Source: a virus
Lineage: Duplodnaviria; Caudoviricetes
Reading direction: 5' to 3' (one strand)
DNA length: 64,000 nucleotides
IMG/VR virus record: IMGVR_UViG_2917802685_000001
Coordinates: 64,001-128,000 of that record
How positions within the stretch are numbered: position 1 is the first letter of the stretch; each line of letters begins with the position of its first letter. The notes beneath the pieces were generated by a model. That model saw only the letters and a list, made by a program, of their open reading frames with translations. It made no database searches and was not told the DNA's origin. Both the position numbers and the translations under genes were made by a program. Shown one piece after another: positions 17,861 through 27,327 of the stretch.

Positions 17861-18964
17861 ATGGCCACCACCGACAACCCCGCCCCGGCGGCCAAGGGCA
17901 AGCCCGGCGGCAACCCCACCGTCGTGCACGTCGCCGCGCACCTCAACCGTGCCGGGTTCAGGCTCTCCCGCTACACCGGCCGGATGGGGGACAACCGGGG
18001 GGGCGCCAAGGTCACCAGGAGCCCCCGGTTCGACGTCCCCTCCGTCTCCGTCAACTGGCGCGAGGACTACGACAGCGCGGACCGGCGCCGCGCAAAGCTC
18101 GGTCTCGACGACTTCGCCATGCTGCCCGTCCACCCCGAGGAGGAGCAGCGCATCCGTGACTACGCTGCCGCACTCGTCCCCCGCTACGCCGTCGAGGTCG
18201 AGCAGTACCGGCCCGGCGGCCCCTGGTCGCTGGTCGTCACCCGCCGTGAGGAACTGCCCGTACGTCCCAAGGGGCTCCCCACGGCGAGCAGCGTCGCGCA
18301 GGTCATGAGGGAAACAACCCGCGAGTCGTGGGGGTCGGATGTGGTCGACCAGGTGGACCACATCCGGATCGCGATCGGCGACGAGGACGACGTCGCCCCC
18401 GTGCGGGAGGCGCTCACCGCGAACGGCTGGACGTTCGAGGAGCCCGCCCCTGCGATCGAGCACTATCTGATCCACGTCACCGGGTCGACGCCGGACCGTC
18501 CCGCCCGCCTGCGCAGGCTGCGCGCCGAGCGCGCCGCCCGTGAGATCGAGTTGGCGGGGCGTGAGGCCGTCGCCAAGGTCGAGGAGGGCATCGGGCAGGA
18601 GAAGGCCTCCCAGGAGGCCGCCAGCGCCCCTCAGGAGGTCGAGGAGGACGCCCAGGAGGCTCCCGCCAGCATCCCGGAGCCGGAGCCCGTGCCGTACGCC
18701 TACGACAGCAAGGGGCGCAGCTGGAGGCAGGGGCAGCGCGCCGAGTTCAAGACCGTCGATGGGTTCCTGTACGGAGGTGAGATCGTCGGTTTCGGCGAGG
18801 AGGGCGGGGAGAAGACCGCGACGATCCGGGTGGACACCCGCCGGGGCGCTCCGGCCAGCCGTCGGATGTACAAGGGAGACCCCAACTTGCCCGGCAAGCC
18901 CCGGCCGTTGGACCCGGCGGAGGAGTGGACGCGCCCCCTGGTCAAGCTGAACAAGCCCCTCTGA
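17861..18964 (+). CDS. hypothetical protein
   Basis: AGGAG RBS. Confidence 0.75.
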   Translation: MATTDNPAPAAKGKPGGNPTVVHVAAHLNRAGFRLSRYTGRMGDNRGGAKVTRSPRFDVPSVSVNWREDYDSADRRRAKLGLDDFAMLPVHPEEEQRIRDYAAALVPRYAVEVEQYRPGGPWSLVVTRREELPVRPKGLPTASSVAQVMRETTRESWGSDVVDQVDHIRIAIGDEDDVAPVREALTANGWTFEEPAPAIEHYLIHVTGSTPDRPARLRRLRAERAAREIELAGREAVAKVEEGIGQEKASQEAASAPQEVEEDAQEAPASIPEPEPVPYAYDSKGRSWRQGQRAEFKTVDGFLYGGEIVGFGEEGGEKTATIRVDTRRGAPASRRMYKGDPNLPGKPRPLDPAEEWTRPLVKLNKPL

Positions 18965-18970
18965 CCTGCG

Positions 18971-19001
18971 GACGGCCCGCCCCACACCGGGGCGGGCCGT
19001 C
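18971..19001 (+). terminator. hairpin terminator
   Basis: GACGGCCCGCCCC/GGGGCGGGCCGTC. Confidence 0.7.
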
Positions 19002-19017
19002 GTCTTCCCGGACCCAG

Positions 19018-19046
19018 TAGACACGCAACGATTGTTGCTATAGTGT
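19018..19046 (+). promoter_or_regulatory. Palindrome promoter copy 6 (17-bp spacer)
   Basis: TAGACA-c-GCAAC-gatt-GTTGC-ta-TAGTGT. Confidence 0.85.
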
Positions 19047-19085
19047 GGGTCTCACCAACCCGCCAAGGAACACAAGGAGGGCCGC

Positions 19086-21098
19086 ATGGCCACCCCGGAG
19101 AACGAGAAGAAGATCCAGCTTCAGGTCGTGGGATGGGTCCCCGCCGACGAGGTCGGAAACCTGGAGGTCGGCGACCGGATCATGTGGAACGGCGGCAACA
19201 CCTCCGAGGTGACCGAGGTCGAGCAGGTGTCGCGCTGCTTCCGGCTCATCTCCCTCAAGTCGTCGAAGACCGGGGAGAAGGAGACGCCGCGCAAGCTGAA
19301 GAACACCTCTCTCGTGGCGCGCATCCCCCAGGCCAAGGAGGAGCCCCCGGCCGCTGCCGTGGAGCGCCCGGCCGTCGAGGGAACCGTGATCCCCGCCGGT
19401 CACACCCTCGGCATCCCGGCCGAGTACGCCGACAACGTCAACGTCCGCGACGCGTACGGCGCCCTCGTGGCTGCCGGACACACCCCGGCCGAGCTGTCGA
19501 ACCAGAGTGATGACGGGGTGGACGACACCGCGTTCGGCACCGGCTTCATGATCTACGCCCGCGAGAGCGCCGTCCTGGTCGGCCACCTGGTCGACGGCAT
19601 CGACATGTGGAACAGCCTGCCCGACGCCGAGCGCCGCCGGATCCTTCGCGCCTACCGCGACACCATGCGCGCCGCCGGGTGGGAGACGGACGGGCGCATC
19701 ATCGGCAAGCGGCTCCACGCCTGGCGCACCTCCCCGCTGCCCGAGGGCGTCACCGCCGCCCAGACCCGGGGCGAGACGGCCGAGGAGCTGCCGGAAGGGC
19801 CGGTGAAGGTCCGGTTCGGCCTGAGCGACGACACCCGCCAGCAGCTCAGGGAGCAGGGCGAGCGGGCCCGCACCGAGCACCGCGCCGAGTTCGCCGAGCG
19901 CCAGCGTGAGGAGGCCGCGCGGCACGCCCCGTTGCCCGTGGGCACCCGTGTGCGGCACGCCGTGCAGGCGTGGGCCACCGTCGTGCAGGCGCCGAAGGGC
20001 ACCGCCGTGGTGGTCGGCCACGGCCGCACCCACCGTGACGGGTCGCTGGAGTACCAGGTTCTTGCGGGGCAGGACATCAGCCGCGCGATCGGCCCGGACA
20101 ACCCCATGACCCACCCGACCGAGTGGAACAGCGACCGCGTGCGGGAAGTCGCGCCGCCGCGCTTCAAGGCCCGCAGCGTGAGCGGCCGAACGACCCATGG
20201 CGTGCTGGACATCGACACGGACCGCTGGGTGAACGTCGGTCTCCGCGAGGAGGACGCGCAGGAGGAGACCCAGGCCCTCAATATTGGCCGGGCCACCCTG
20301 GACGCGTACGGCCGTATCGAGTGGCCGGGGAACCCGCTGCCGGAGATGCCCAAGCCGCCCAAGGGGTGCCGCTTCGAGATCATGCGGACGCCCGCCCGGA
20401 CCACGGTCAACATGTACGACGGCATCCAGGCCGCCCCCGTCCTGAGTGACTGGACCGGACACGCCCCCCACCACGAGGCCGTGACCATGATCGCCCGCGA
20501 GATGGCCCGGGTGCACACCAGGGCCATGAAGGAGACGGCCGCGCTCCTCGCCCTGGATGACGCCACGCTGTACCAGGTGGCCACGTCGGCCGGTGACGTC
20601 GAGACGATGACCGGCGCCGCCGCCCGCGCCCGCCTCCAGTCCTACCGCGAGGAGGCCGGACCGGAGAAGCTCCACGCCAGCTACAACAGCCCGGCCGTCA
20701 CCGTGGCGCACTCCGGCGCGCACTGGATGCTGACCGTGCACGCCTACCGCAGGGACGGCAGCCGGAACCTGGGCGGCATGGTTCGGGTGACGGTTGAGCC
20801 GCTGGTGGTGGCCAAGGCGGCTCACGCGGTCCGTCAGGGCACGGGCGCCGGTACGTATGTGCCCGTGGAGACGCTGAACGTGGACGCGTTCGGGCCGTGG
20901 GTGCGGCCGGTGCCCGACTTCCCCGAGCACGTGGTGTTGCACTGGGTCAGCTGCGGCACGCCGGTGAAGGCGGGCGCCGAGCGGTACGAGGAGCACATGA
21001 AGACCTACCGGGGCGCCCTGGAGGCGGCCGGGTGGCGCTTCGTGACCGCTATCGCCGACGGCGGCATGGTGTTCCAGGACCCCGCGACCCTGGCCTGA
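19086..21098 (+). CDS. multidomain hypothetical protein (670 aa)
   Basis: AAGGAGG RBS; two Y...L/M.AAGW modules. Confidence 0.8.
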   Translation: MATPENEKKIQLQVVGWVPADEVGNLEVGDRIMWNGGNTSEVTEVEQVSRCFRLISLKSSKTGEKETPRKLKNTSLVARIPQAKEEPPAAAVERPAVEGTVIPAGHTLGIPAEYADNVNVRDAYGALVAAGHTPAELSNQSDDGVDDTAFGTGFMIYARESAVLVGHLVDGIDMWNSLPDAERRRILRAYRDTMRAAGWETDGRIIGKRLHAWRTSPLPEGVTAAQTRGETAEELPEGPVKVRFGLSDDTRQQLREQGERARTEHRAEFAERQREEAARHAPLPVGTRVRHAVQAWATVVQAPKGTAVVVGHGRTHRDGSLEYQVLAGQDISRAIGPDNPMTHPTEWNSDRVREVAPPRFKARSVSGRTTHGVLDIDTDRWVNVGLREEDAQEETQALNIGRATLDAYGRIEWPGNPLPEMPKPPKGCRFEIMRTPARTTVNMYDGIQAAPVLSDWTGHAPHHEAVTMIAREMARVHTRAMKETAALLALDDATLYQVATSAGDVETMTGAAARARLQSYREEAGPEKLHASYNSPAVTVAHSGAHWMLTVHAYRRDGSRNLGGMVRVTVEPLVVAKAAHAVRQGTGAGTYVPVETLNVDAFGPWVRPVPDFPEHVVLHWVSCGTPVKAGAERYEEHMKTYRGALEAAGWRFVTAIADGGMVFQDPATLA

Positions 21099-21129
21099 CC
21101 TGCGCTGACACGGCATGGCCTCACTCGAC

Positions 21130-21160
21130 TTGACACGGGCAACACGTGTTGCGATAGAGT
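21130..21160 (+). promoter_or_regulatory. Palindrome promoter copy 7 (19-bp spacer)
   Basis: TTGACA-cgg-GCAAC-acgt-GTTGC-ga-TAGAGT. Confidence 0.85.
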
Positions 21161-21225
21161 GGGGTCATGCCCACCGGGGGAAAGCCCCCGGGGACTTCCC
21201 GCCGCTTACCAGGAGGACAGACAGA

Positions 21226-22221
21226 ATGAACGCCACCACCCACCGCACCTACAAGATCAACCGCACCTCCGGTTCGAGCGGCTCCCTGTGCCCTCCCGGG
21301 CACTACAACCACACCATGAGCCTGGAGGAGTACAACGGCCCGCGAGGCCGCAAGGTGATCGGCATCATGAGCCTCGACTACATCGACAACGAGCACGCCG
21401 CCGCCTATGACTTCATGGTCGAGTCGGTCAACAGGGTCCGCGAGGAGTCCCGCAAGAACTGGGTGGCCTCCGAGGCGTGGATCAGGAGCGTCTATGGCTA
21501 CTTCCGGGACAGCTACTCGCCCGACGGCGAGACCCGCGACGTTTCCAAGGCCATCACGTACAGTCCCGTATCCGAGTCCGTGAAGGCGGCCCGCAAGGCG
21601 TTGGCCGACGCGTTCGAGGTGCCCGGGACGCTGTACACGACGGAGATCCGCCCCCTGCCGTGGCTCAATGAGGACGGCCAGGGCGAGGCCGACGCGAAGA
21701 GCTACCGCGACGGCTCGAAGCGCCCGATGCGCGCCGCCCGCCGGGGGTACGAGGTGACGGCCAAGGCGGACGGCTCCCGGGTCTACGTGTACGCCCTCGC
21801 CGACGACGGCACCCGGTACGGCGCGCTGCCGATCTTGCAGCGCTACGCCGACGCGCTGACCGAGGCCGGGTATACCGACGTCCGGATTGAGGAGCCGCAG
21901 AACACCGCCACCACGTTCGTGCCTGAGCGCGTGATCGCCACCCCGGCCACGACCCCCGAGCCCATCGACCCCGCGCGGCACCTGGCCGTGATGTGCATCC
22001 GGGAGTACTTCCCCGACCACGAGCCGCGTACCGAGCTGATCGAGAACCCGGGCAAGGGCCACGGCGCGTACCCCTGCACGAAGTGCGGCGAGAAGGTGCA
22101 GTACGAGGCCAAGTTCGACGCGCACGTGACCGTGTCCACCCGGATGGACGGCAGCGGGATGACGCACTGGACGTACGGCAAGGAGTGCCCGAAGGGCGGC
22201 GCCCACACCATCGAGTACTGA
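21226..22221 (+). CDS. hypothetical protein with C-terminal Zn ribbon
   Basis: AGGAGG RBS; CTKC...CPKGGAH. Confidence 0.75.
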   Translation: MNATTHRTYKINRTSGSSGSLCPPGHYNHTMSLEEYNGPRGRKVIGIMSLDYIDNEHAAAYDFMVESVNRVREESRKNWVASEAWIRSVYGYFRDSYSPDGETRDVSKAITYSPVSESVKAARKALADAFEVPGTLYTTEIRPLPWLNEDGQGEADAKSYRDGSKRPMRAARRGYEVTAKADGSRVYVYALADDGTRYGALPILQRYADALTEAGYTDVRIEEPQNTATTFVPERVIATPATTPEPIDPARHLAVMCIREYFPDHEPRTELIENPGKGHGAYPCTKCGEKVQYEAKFDAHVTVSTRMDGSGMTHWTYGKECPKGGAHTIEY

Positions 22222-22227
22222 CTATCG

Positions 22228-22292
22228 GCCCCGGCCCCGCCCACCCAGGGCGGGGCGGCGGACCGAGGCAGGTTCAATGCCTGCCCGGGGCG
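22228..22292 (+). ncRNA. tRNA-like element 1 (acceptor stem + T-arm)
   Basis: GCCCCGG/CCGGGGC acceptor; GCAGG-TTCAATG-CCTGC T-arm; CCCCGCCC/GGGCGGGG internal hairpin. Confidence 0.65.
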
Positions 22293-22297
22293 CACAG

Positions 22298-22326
22298 TAG
22301 ACACGCAACGCCTGTTGCTATAGAGT
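22298..22326 (+). promoter_or_regulatory. Palindrome promoter copy 8 (17-bp spacer)
   Basis: TAGACA-c-GCAAC-gcct-GTTGC-ta-TAGAGT. Confidence 0.85.
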
Positions 22327-22379
22327 GGAATCACAGCCGGGGGAACCCGGCGCTTCCCGCCACCAGAGATGAGACCCAC

Positions 22380-23111
22380 GTGAGCACCTTCGACACCCTG
22401 ACCCCCGGCGAAGCCGTCGCCGCCGCCCGCGACGACGCCCCGGAGTACAAGCGGATCACCGGCCTGAAGGGTCTGGCGGCCGACCGTATCCCCCACTACA
22501 CCACCCAGACGGCGGCCGGTAACACCCGCAAGCCCGAGCAGCCGTGGGTCGCCCATGGCCACCTGGACAAGTTCAAGGAGATCGCGCGGGTCGAGTGGGC
22601 CAAGGACGCCGACCCCGGCACGGCCGAGGTGTTCTACGCCGACGACTCCACCGACCTGATCAAGCGTGGCGAACTGCTGTGCGTCGAGCGGCCGATCACC
22701 ACCGCCGACGAGGACGAAGACCGCACGCTGTCCGAGCTGATCACCGCCGACGGCGTCACCCTCACCTCGCAGCACATCGCCACCGGCACCGACGCCGACG
22801 GGTGGGCGCACCACGAGTACCGCGTAACGATCGCCTACGACGGCCGGACCTACACCCAGACCGTTCTTCACGGCATCGGCAACAAGGAGGCCCCGGAACT
22901 GGTCGAGACCGTTCACATGCTCGTCTCCCAGTCCATGACCGCGCTCGCCGCCGACAGTTACGAGGACTGGGCGAGCGACTTCAGCAGCGACCCCGCCGAC
23001 TGGATGCCCGAGAAGACCTACACCGACAACGTCCAGATGGCCAAGGATCTGATGATGCTGCTCGGTACCGAGCGCTACGAGCGTTACGCCAAGGCCGACC
23101 ACGACGCCTGA
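22380..23111 (+). CDS. acidic hypothetical protein
   Basis: GTG start after promoter; GC3 bias. Confidence 0.7.
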   Translation: MSTFDTLTPGEAVAAARDDAPEYKRITGLKGLAADRIPHYTTQTAAGNTRKPEQPWVAHGHLDKFKEIARVEWAKDADPGTAEVFYADDSTDLIKRGELLCVERPITTADEDEDRTLSELITADGVTLTSQHIATGTDADGWAHHEYRVTIAYDGRTYTQTVLHGIGNKEAPELVETVHMLVSQSMTALAADSYEDWASDFSSDPADWMPEKTYTDNVQMAKDLMMLLGTERYERYAKADHDA

Positions 23112-23119
23112 GTACCACA

Positions 23120-23183
23120 GCCCCGGCCCGCCCCCGCGAGGGGGCGTGGCGGCTCGGGTCCGGTTCGACTCCGGCCCGGGGCG
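23120..23183 (+). ncRNA. tRNA-like element 2
   Basis: GCCCCGG/CCGGGGC acceptor; (T)CCGG-TTCGACT-CCGG(C) T-arm; CGCCCCC-GCGA-GGGGGCG hairpin. Confidence 0.65.
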
Positions 23184-23224
23184 CTCACCACATCCCGCCA
23201 CCACCACGAGGGGGAACCCACCGC

Positions 23225-24406
23225 ATGAACGCGACCGACACCACGGCGCCGACCGCCGCCGAGATGGACCTGATGATCAAGGCCGTCACCAGCCGCGAGA
23301 AGCACCTGATCGGCCCGCCCGAGCTGCGCGACAGCATCGAGGCCAAGGGGTACGCCTACCGCCTCCAGGGCAAGCACGTCGAGGGGGTCATGGTCCTCAC
23401 GCAGAAGGGTTCTGACCTGGCGTACGAGACCCACATGGCCCGGGAGGGCGTGACCATCGAGCCGCCGTTCACGGACGCTGACGCCCTGGAAGACTCCGCC
23501 CTGTTGAAGGCGCTGGAGGTCAAGAGCGGCAACGTGCACGCCCCCGACGGCGCCCGCCTGGTCGCTCAGGGCCTGGCGTGGGTCGACGAGGAGCGCGGGC
23601 ACTACTTCCTGACCGACGACGGCCGCGCCGCCGCCGAGGCGCTCCGCGACATCGAGCGTGACCTGATCACGGATGAAATGCTGGAGGTGATCAACCAGTG
23701 CGGCGGGGGCCGCGCCCAGGCCAAGGCAACCGGCTGGATCGCGGGTGTCACCCAGTTCGAGCAGCGCGTGTACATCGAGCGCGTACGGCTGCCCCACACC
23801 AGCCCGTACACGTTCAGCACCTTCGACGGCTGGACGAACCTGCGCTTCCAGCTGTTCAGCAAGCTGGGCATTCACGCGGAGATCGAGGGCAACCGCCTGT
23901 ACTTCGGCGCGCTGCGCCCCTCGCGCCGGGGGAACACGCCCCAGCTGGGCGAGCCCGACGAGGAGCGGAGCGAGCGCATCCACGCCGGGCAGCACGCTGA
24001 CGCCGTGTGGTCCGACCTGTGCAACCAGGAGGCCGGAGCCCCGTTCCGACTGGCCGTGATCGACGCCGACGGCCCCCGGGACGTCTACATGCCTCCGGCC
24101 GCGTGGATCTTCCACCACTTCAGCCGTGACGTCCGCCTCGACCTCGACGAGCACGGCCGCTATCGGGTCACCGTCACGGCCGCTCCGGACGCCGGATGGG
24201 ACACCCCGCCCGCCGCCGCCGTCTGGACCGGGCACCGTGCCGACGTCGCCGTCAAGGCCATGGCGCGCGCCCTGTACAGCACGAAGTGCGCCCACGGGTA
24301 CGGCACCGGCCGCGACTCCTGCCCCGGCTGCGACTACACGGCCGAGCTGTTCGAGGAGCGCTACCCCCTGCGCGGCTACGGAATGCGCAGCCTGGTTCTC
24401 CACTGA
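23225..24406 (+). CDS. hypothetical protein with two winged-helix-like modules
   Basis: LTQKG and LTDDG wing motifs; C-terminal CAHG...SCPGCD. Confidence 0.7.
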   Translation: MNATDTTAPTAAEMDLMIKAVTSREKHLIGPPELRDSIEAKGYAYRLQGKHVEGVMVLTQKGSDLAYETHMAREGVTIEPPFTDADALEDSALLKALEVKSGNVHAPDGARLVAQGLAWVDEERGHYFLTDDGRAAAEALRDIERDLITDEMLEVINQCGGGRAQAKATGWIAGVTQFEQRVYIERVRLPHTSPYTFSTFDGWTNLRFQLFSKLGIHAEIEGNRLYFGALRPSRRGNTPQLGEPDEERSERIHAGQHADAVWSDLCNQEAGAPFRLAVIDADGPRDVYMPPAAWIFHHFSRDVRLDLDEHGRYRVTVTAAPDAGWDTPPAAAVWTGHRADVAVKAMARALYSTKCAHGYGTGRDSCPGCDYTAELFEERYPLRGYGMRSLVLH

Positions 24407-24412
24407 CCAACC

Positions 24413-24481
24413 GCCCTGGCCCCGCCCGCCGCCGACCGGGCGGGGCACGGTCCGAGACAGGTTCGATGCCTGTCCGGGGCA
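24413..24481 (+). ncRNA. tRNA-like element 3
   Basis: GCCCTGG/CCGGGGC acceptor (one G-U pair); ACAGG-TTCGATG-CCTGT T-arm; CCCCGCCC/GGGCGGGG hairpin. Confidence 0.65.
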
Positions 24482-24515
24482 CTCCTGAATATCCCGCCAG
24501 ACACAAGGGGGAGCA

Positions 24516-25070
24516 GTGAAGCCGTACACCGTGCGGACCAACCCGATGCCCGAACCGCTAAGGGCCGCATTGACGAGCCTGATCAGGAACGGCGCGCGCG
24601 TAGGTCCCGAGGACACCTACGCCGACGAGCACGGACACCACCTGATCGCCCGTACTGACACCGTGGAGGTGCGCGCCGTGCTCGCCCTCGACCACTACGC
24701 CGACGGCGTTGGTTCGGCCGATGGTGAGCTGAGGTGGACCGTCACCCGCGACGGCGCGCCGCTGGAGTGCGCCCGCTGGTCCGCCGTCGTCGCGCTCGTC
24801 CGCAACCCTGACGTACTCCTGCCCGAGCACATCGCCGACGGCGACGCCTTCCTGATGGAGGTGAGCGGCGACCACGGCGAAACCTGGCGGGAGTTCGGCC
24901 ACTTCGCCGGAATGATCGCCCGCGAGCAGATCGCCACCATCATGCGCGAGCACCACGGGCACGCCGAGTACGAGCCGGGGCGCCTGATCATCCGGGGCAC
25001 GCTGCTGAGCGGAAGCTACAGCCGCCACACCTGGCGATTCACCCGCACCCGCACCGCCCAGGGGGAATGA
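24516..25070 (+). CDS. hypothetical protein
   Basis: GGGGAG RBS. Confidence 0.7.
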   Translation: MKPYTVRTNPMPEPLRAALTSLIRNGARVGPEDTYADEHGHHLIARTDTVEVRAVLALDHYADGVGSADGELRWTVTRDGAPLECARWSAVVALVRNPDVLLPEHIADGDAFLMEVSGDHGETWREFGHFAGMIAREQIATIMREHHGHAEYEPGRLIIRGTLLSGSYSRHTWRFTRTRTAQGE

Positions 25071-25429
25071 TCATGGACGCTGAGCAGACGTTGAAGGCCG
25101 TTCGTGAACTGATCGGCGCGCCCGCGCCGGTCGTCCAGCCGACCAACATGGATGAGCTGTTGGAGCAGGCCAAGAGCCTGCCCGCCGACTTCAAGATCAA
25201 GTTGATCACGGCCATGGGTTTCTCGCCGACGGGCTCGGATCATCAGGACGACTGCATTCGGTACACGCACGGGACTGGCTTCCGCTGCGGGTGCGTGCCT
25301 CCGGCCACCTGGTGGAACTCGCCGAAGGACGTTCAGGAGTTCCGCAAGGAGACGTGGGACGACCAGTTGGCCAAGGCCAAGCAGTGGTCCCGCGAGGGTA
25401 CGCACGGTCGCGAAAAGGAAGAGGACTAG
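25067..25429 (+). CDS. hypothetical protein
   Basis: ATGA overlap. Confidence 0.65.
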   Translation: MIMDAEQTLKAVRELIGAPAPVVQPTNMDELLEQAKSLPADFKIKLITAMGFSPTGSDHQDDCIRYTHGTGFRCGCVPPATWWNSPKDVQEFRKETWDDQLAKAKQWSREGTHGREKEED

Positions 25430-25466
25430 TTCGTGATCCCGTACATCCCGCCGAGGAGGTGAGCAC

Positions 25467-25595
25467 GTGAGTCAGCAGGAGACGACCAAGCCCAGGCCGT
25501 TCGTGGTGGGCCGCATGCTCTTCGTTCGCATTCCGAGGGTCGGTCTGTGCCACATGGGCTCTTGGGGCTGGGAGCCCTGCCCCGAGGGCTTCCTG
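25467..25595 (+). CDS. 42-aa small protein (below the ORF-track cutoff)
   Basis: CCCGCC-GAGGAGGTGA RBS, GTG; MSQQETTKPRPFVVGRMLFVRIPRVGLCHMGSWGWEPCPRAS. Confidence 0.45.
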
Positions 25596-25792
25596 ACCAC
25601 CCACCAGGAGATCGCAGAAAGGCAGGTGACCGGATGACCCACCCGCGCCACCCCAAGAAGCCGAAGCGCCCCCGGTAGGGGCCGACCACCGCGAGCAGGA
25701 GGGGAGCCGCCTAGACGGTTGCCGACGGCGGGAGTTCAGCAGGCAGGACCAGGGCAGTGCGCCCGGTTCCTGCCTGCTGGCATTTCAGGGGG

Positions 25793-25821
25793 TAGACGGG
25801 CAACGATCGTTGCTATAGAGT
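25793..25821 (+). promoter_or_regulatory. Palindrome promoter copy 9 (17-bp spacer)
   Basis: TAGACG-g-GCAAC-gatc-GTTGC-ta-TAGAGT; long hairpin upstream (about 25737-25779). Confidence 0.85.
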
Positions 25822-25861
25822 GGGCACGTCCCGCCGGACATCACCACCGAAGGAGCGCCCC

Positions 25862-27172
25862 ATGGCCACCACGAAGCTCAGCGACACCATGATCACCACC
25901 ATGCTCGGCGCACTGCGCCACCGCAACAACGAGGGGCGTTACGAGATCATCGGGGGTGCCCGCCGCACCGTCGACTCGCTGATCTCGCGCGGCAAGGCCG
26001 AGGCCGTTGAGATCGTCCTCATTCGGGAGACGGCCACGGGCAAGCCCGTCAGCACGCGCATGGCCACCTACCTCACCGAGGAGGGCGTGACCTTTCTGCG
26101 CGAGGCCCTGACGTACATCCTGGGAAAGCGCGGCGACGAGCGTGACGCGGTGTGGCAGGACTGGCTGACCGCCGAGCGCCGCAACGAATGGGCCTTGATC
26201 GACTTCCTCGGCCTGACCGCCGACACGTACGAGGTGGCCACCACCACGCCCCACGAGCGCGGCACGCAGCGCGAGACCCTCGGCCGCGCGGACGCCTGGG
26301 AGCAGATGGGCAACGCGCTCCGCAACGGCCAGCGCATCACCATCGACGCCCGCACCATGACCGTGCACACCAAGATGGGCGCCCGCTGGACGTTCACGTG
26401 CACCGAGAAGGAGCCCACCCCCGTCACGGCCGAGGACGTTGAGGACGTCGACTACCGCATGTTCGTCGGCGTGCTGTTCGAGGACGCGAAGGACATGGGT
26501 ACCTACAAGGCCGCGAACGTCCGCGCGGCGATCAAGAACAACGCCGACCAGGGCCACCGCGCCGTGCGCACCGAGGACGGCATGATCCACGTGTACTACT
26601 CCTGGTTCGTGCCGCAGCGCCCCGGGGCCGAGGAGAGCCCCGCCGCGCCCGCCGAGGAACTGGACCGCATGGGGCGCCCGCACATCGCGATTGCGCCCAA
26701 GCCCGGCGAGGACTCCGTCTCTCACCTGTCGGCGGGGAGCGCGCTCACCCGTGGCCTGCCGCTGAACATGCTGGCGCATCCGGCCGTCGAGGAGCAGCCC
26801 GGCGCGCCCGTGGCCATCAACCCCCAGGAGCGCCCGCCCCTCGCCGAACGCGTGACCGTGGGTGATCTGAACGTGGGCGACGAGTTCGTGACGCGCTGCG
26901 GGTGGACGGTGCTTGCCATCGACGGCGGCACGTTCACCGCCGAGCGCTACGACGGCGGGCAGACCGTGACTCAGACCGTGCCGGAGAGCACCGAGGTACT
27001 GCGCACCCGCCGCGCCCCGCAGGTGCGTGGTGTGGTTCCCAGCCCGCACGGTGTGGGGACTGCCGTGGTGCTGGCGCCCCGCAGCGTGGGCGACACGGAG
27101 CCCTGGGCGGACGCGGCTGACACGAGGTACGGCGCCCGGTACGAGGAGACGGAGGTGGAGCGCGAGGCGTAG
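25862..27172 (+). CDS. multidomain hypothetical protein, N-terminal winged-helix-like module
   Basis: RRTVDSLISRG...YLTEEG. Confidence 0.75.
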   Translation: MATTKLSDTMITTMLGALRHRNNEGRYEIIGGARRTVDSLISRGKAEAVEIVLIRETATGKPVSTRMATYLTEEGVTFLREALTYILGKRGDERDAVWQDWLTAERRNEWALIDFLGLTADTYEVATTTPHERGTQRETLGRADAWEQMGNALRNGQRITIDARTMTVHTKMGARWTFTCTEKEPTPVTAEDVEDVDYRMFVGVLFEDAKDMGTYKAANVRAAIKNNADQGHRAVRTEDGMIHVYYSWFVPQRPGAEESPAAPAEELDRMGRPHIAIAPKPGEDSVSHLSAGSALTRGLPLNMLAHPAVEEQPGAPVAINPQERPPLAERVTVGDLNVGDEFVTRCGWTVLAIDGGTFTAERYDGGQTVTQTVPESTEVLRTRRAPQVRGVVPSPHGVGTAVVLAPRSVGDTEPWADAADTRYGARYEETEVEREA

Positions 27173-27254
27173 CCGGGGGCACGCAGACACAGCAGGGGCC
27201 GGGAGGGCATCCCGCGCCCCTGCTGGCGTGTCCGCGATTGGTCGGCACCCCGGC

Positions 27255-27285
27255 TTGACACTGGCAACAACTGTTGCTGTAGAGT
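27255..27285 (+). promoter_or_regulatory. Palindrome promoter copy 10 (19-bp spacer)
   Basis: TTGACA-ctg-GCAAC-aact-GTTGC-tg-TAGAGT. Confidence 0.85.
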
Positions 27286-27327
27286 GGGACGCGTCCCGCC
27301 GGACACCACCACGAAGGAGCACACCCC

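Noticed and set aside
22228-24481. Canonical tRNA genes
   Set aside because: No D-arm or 7-nt anticodon loop; reported as tRNA-like elements instead
25633-25678. 14-aa basic peptide MTHPRHPKKPKRPR
   Set aside because: Too short to support without expression data
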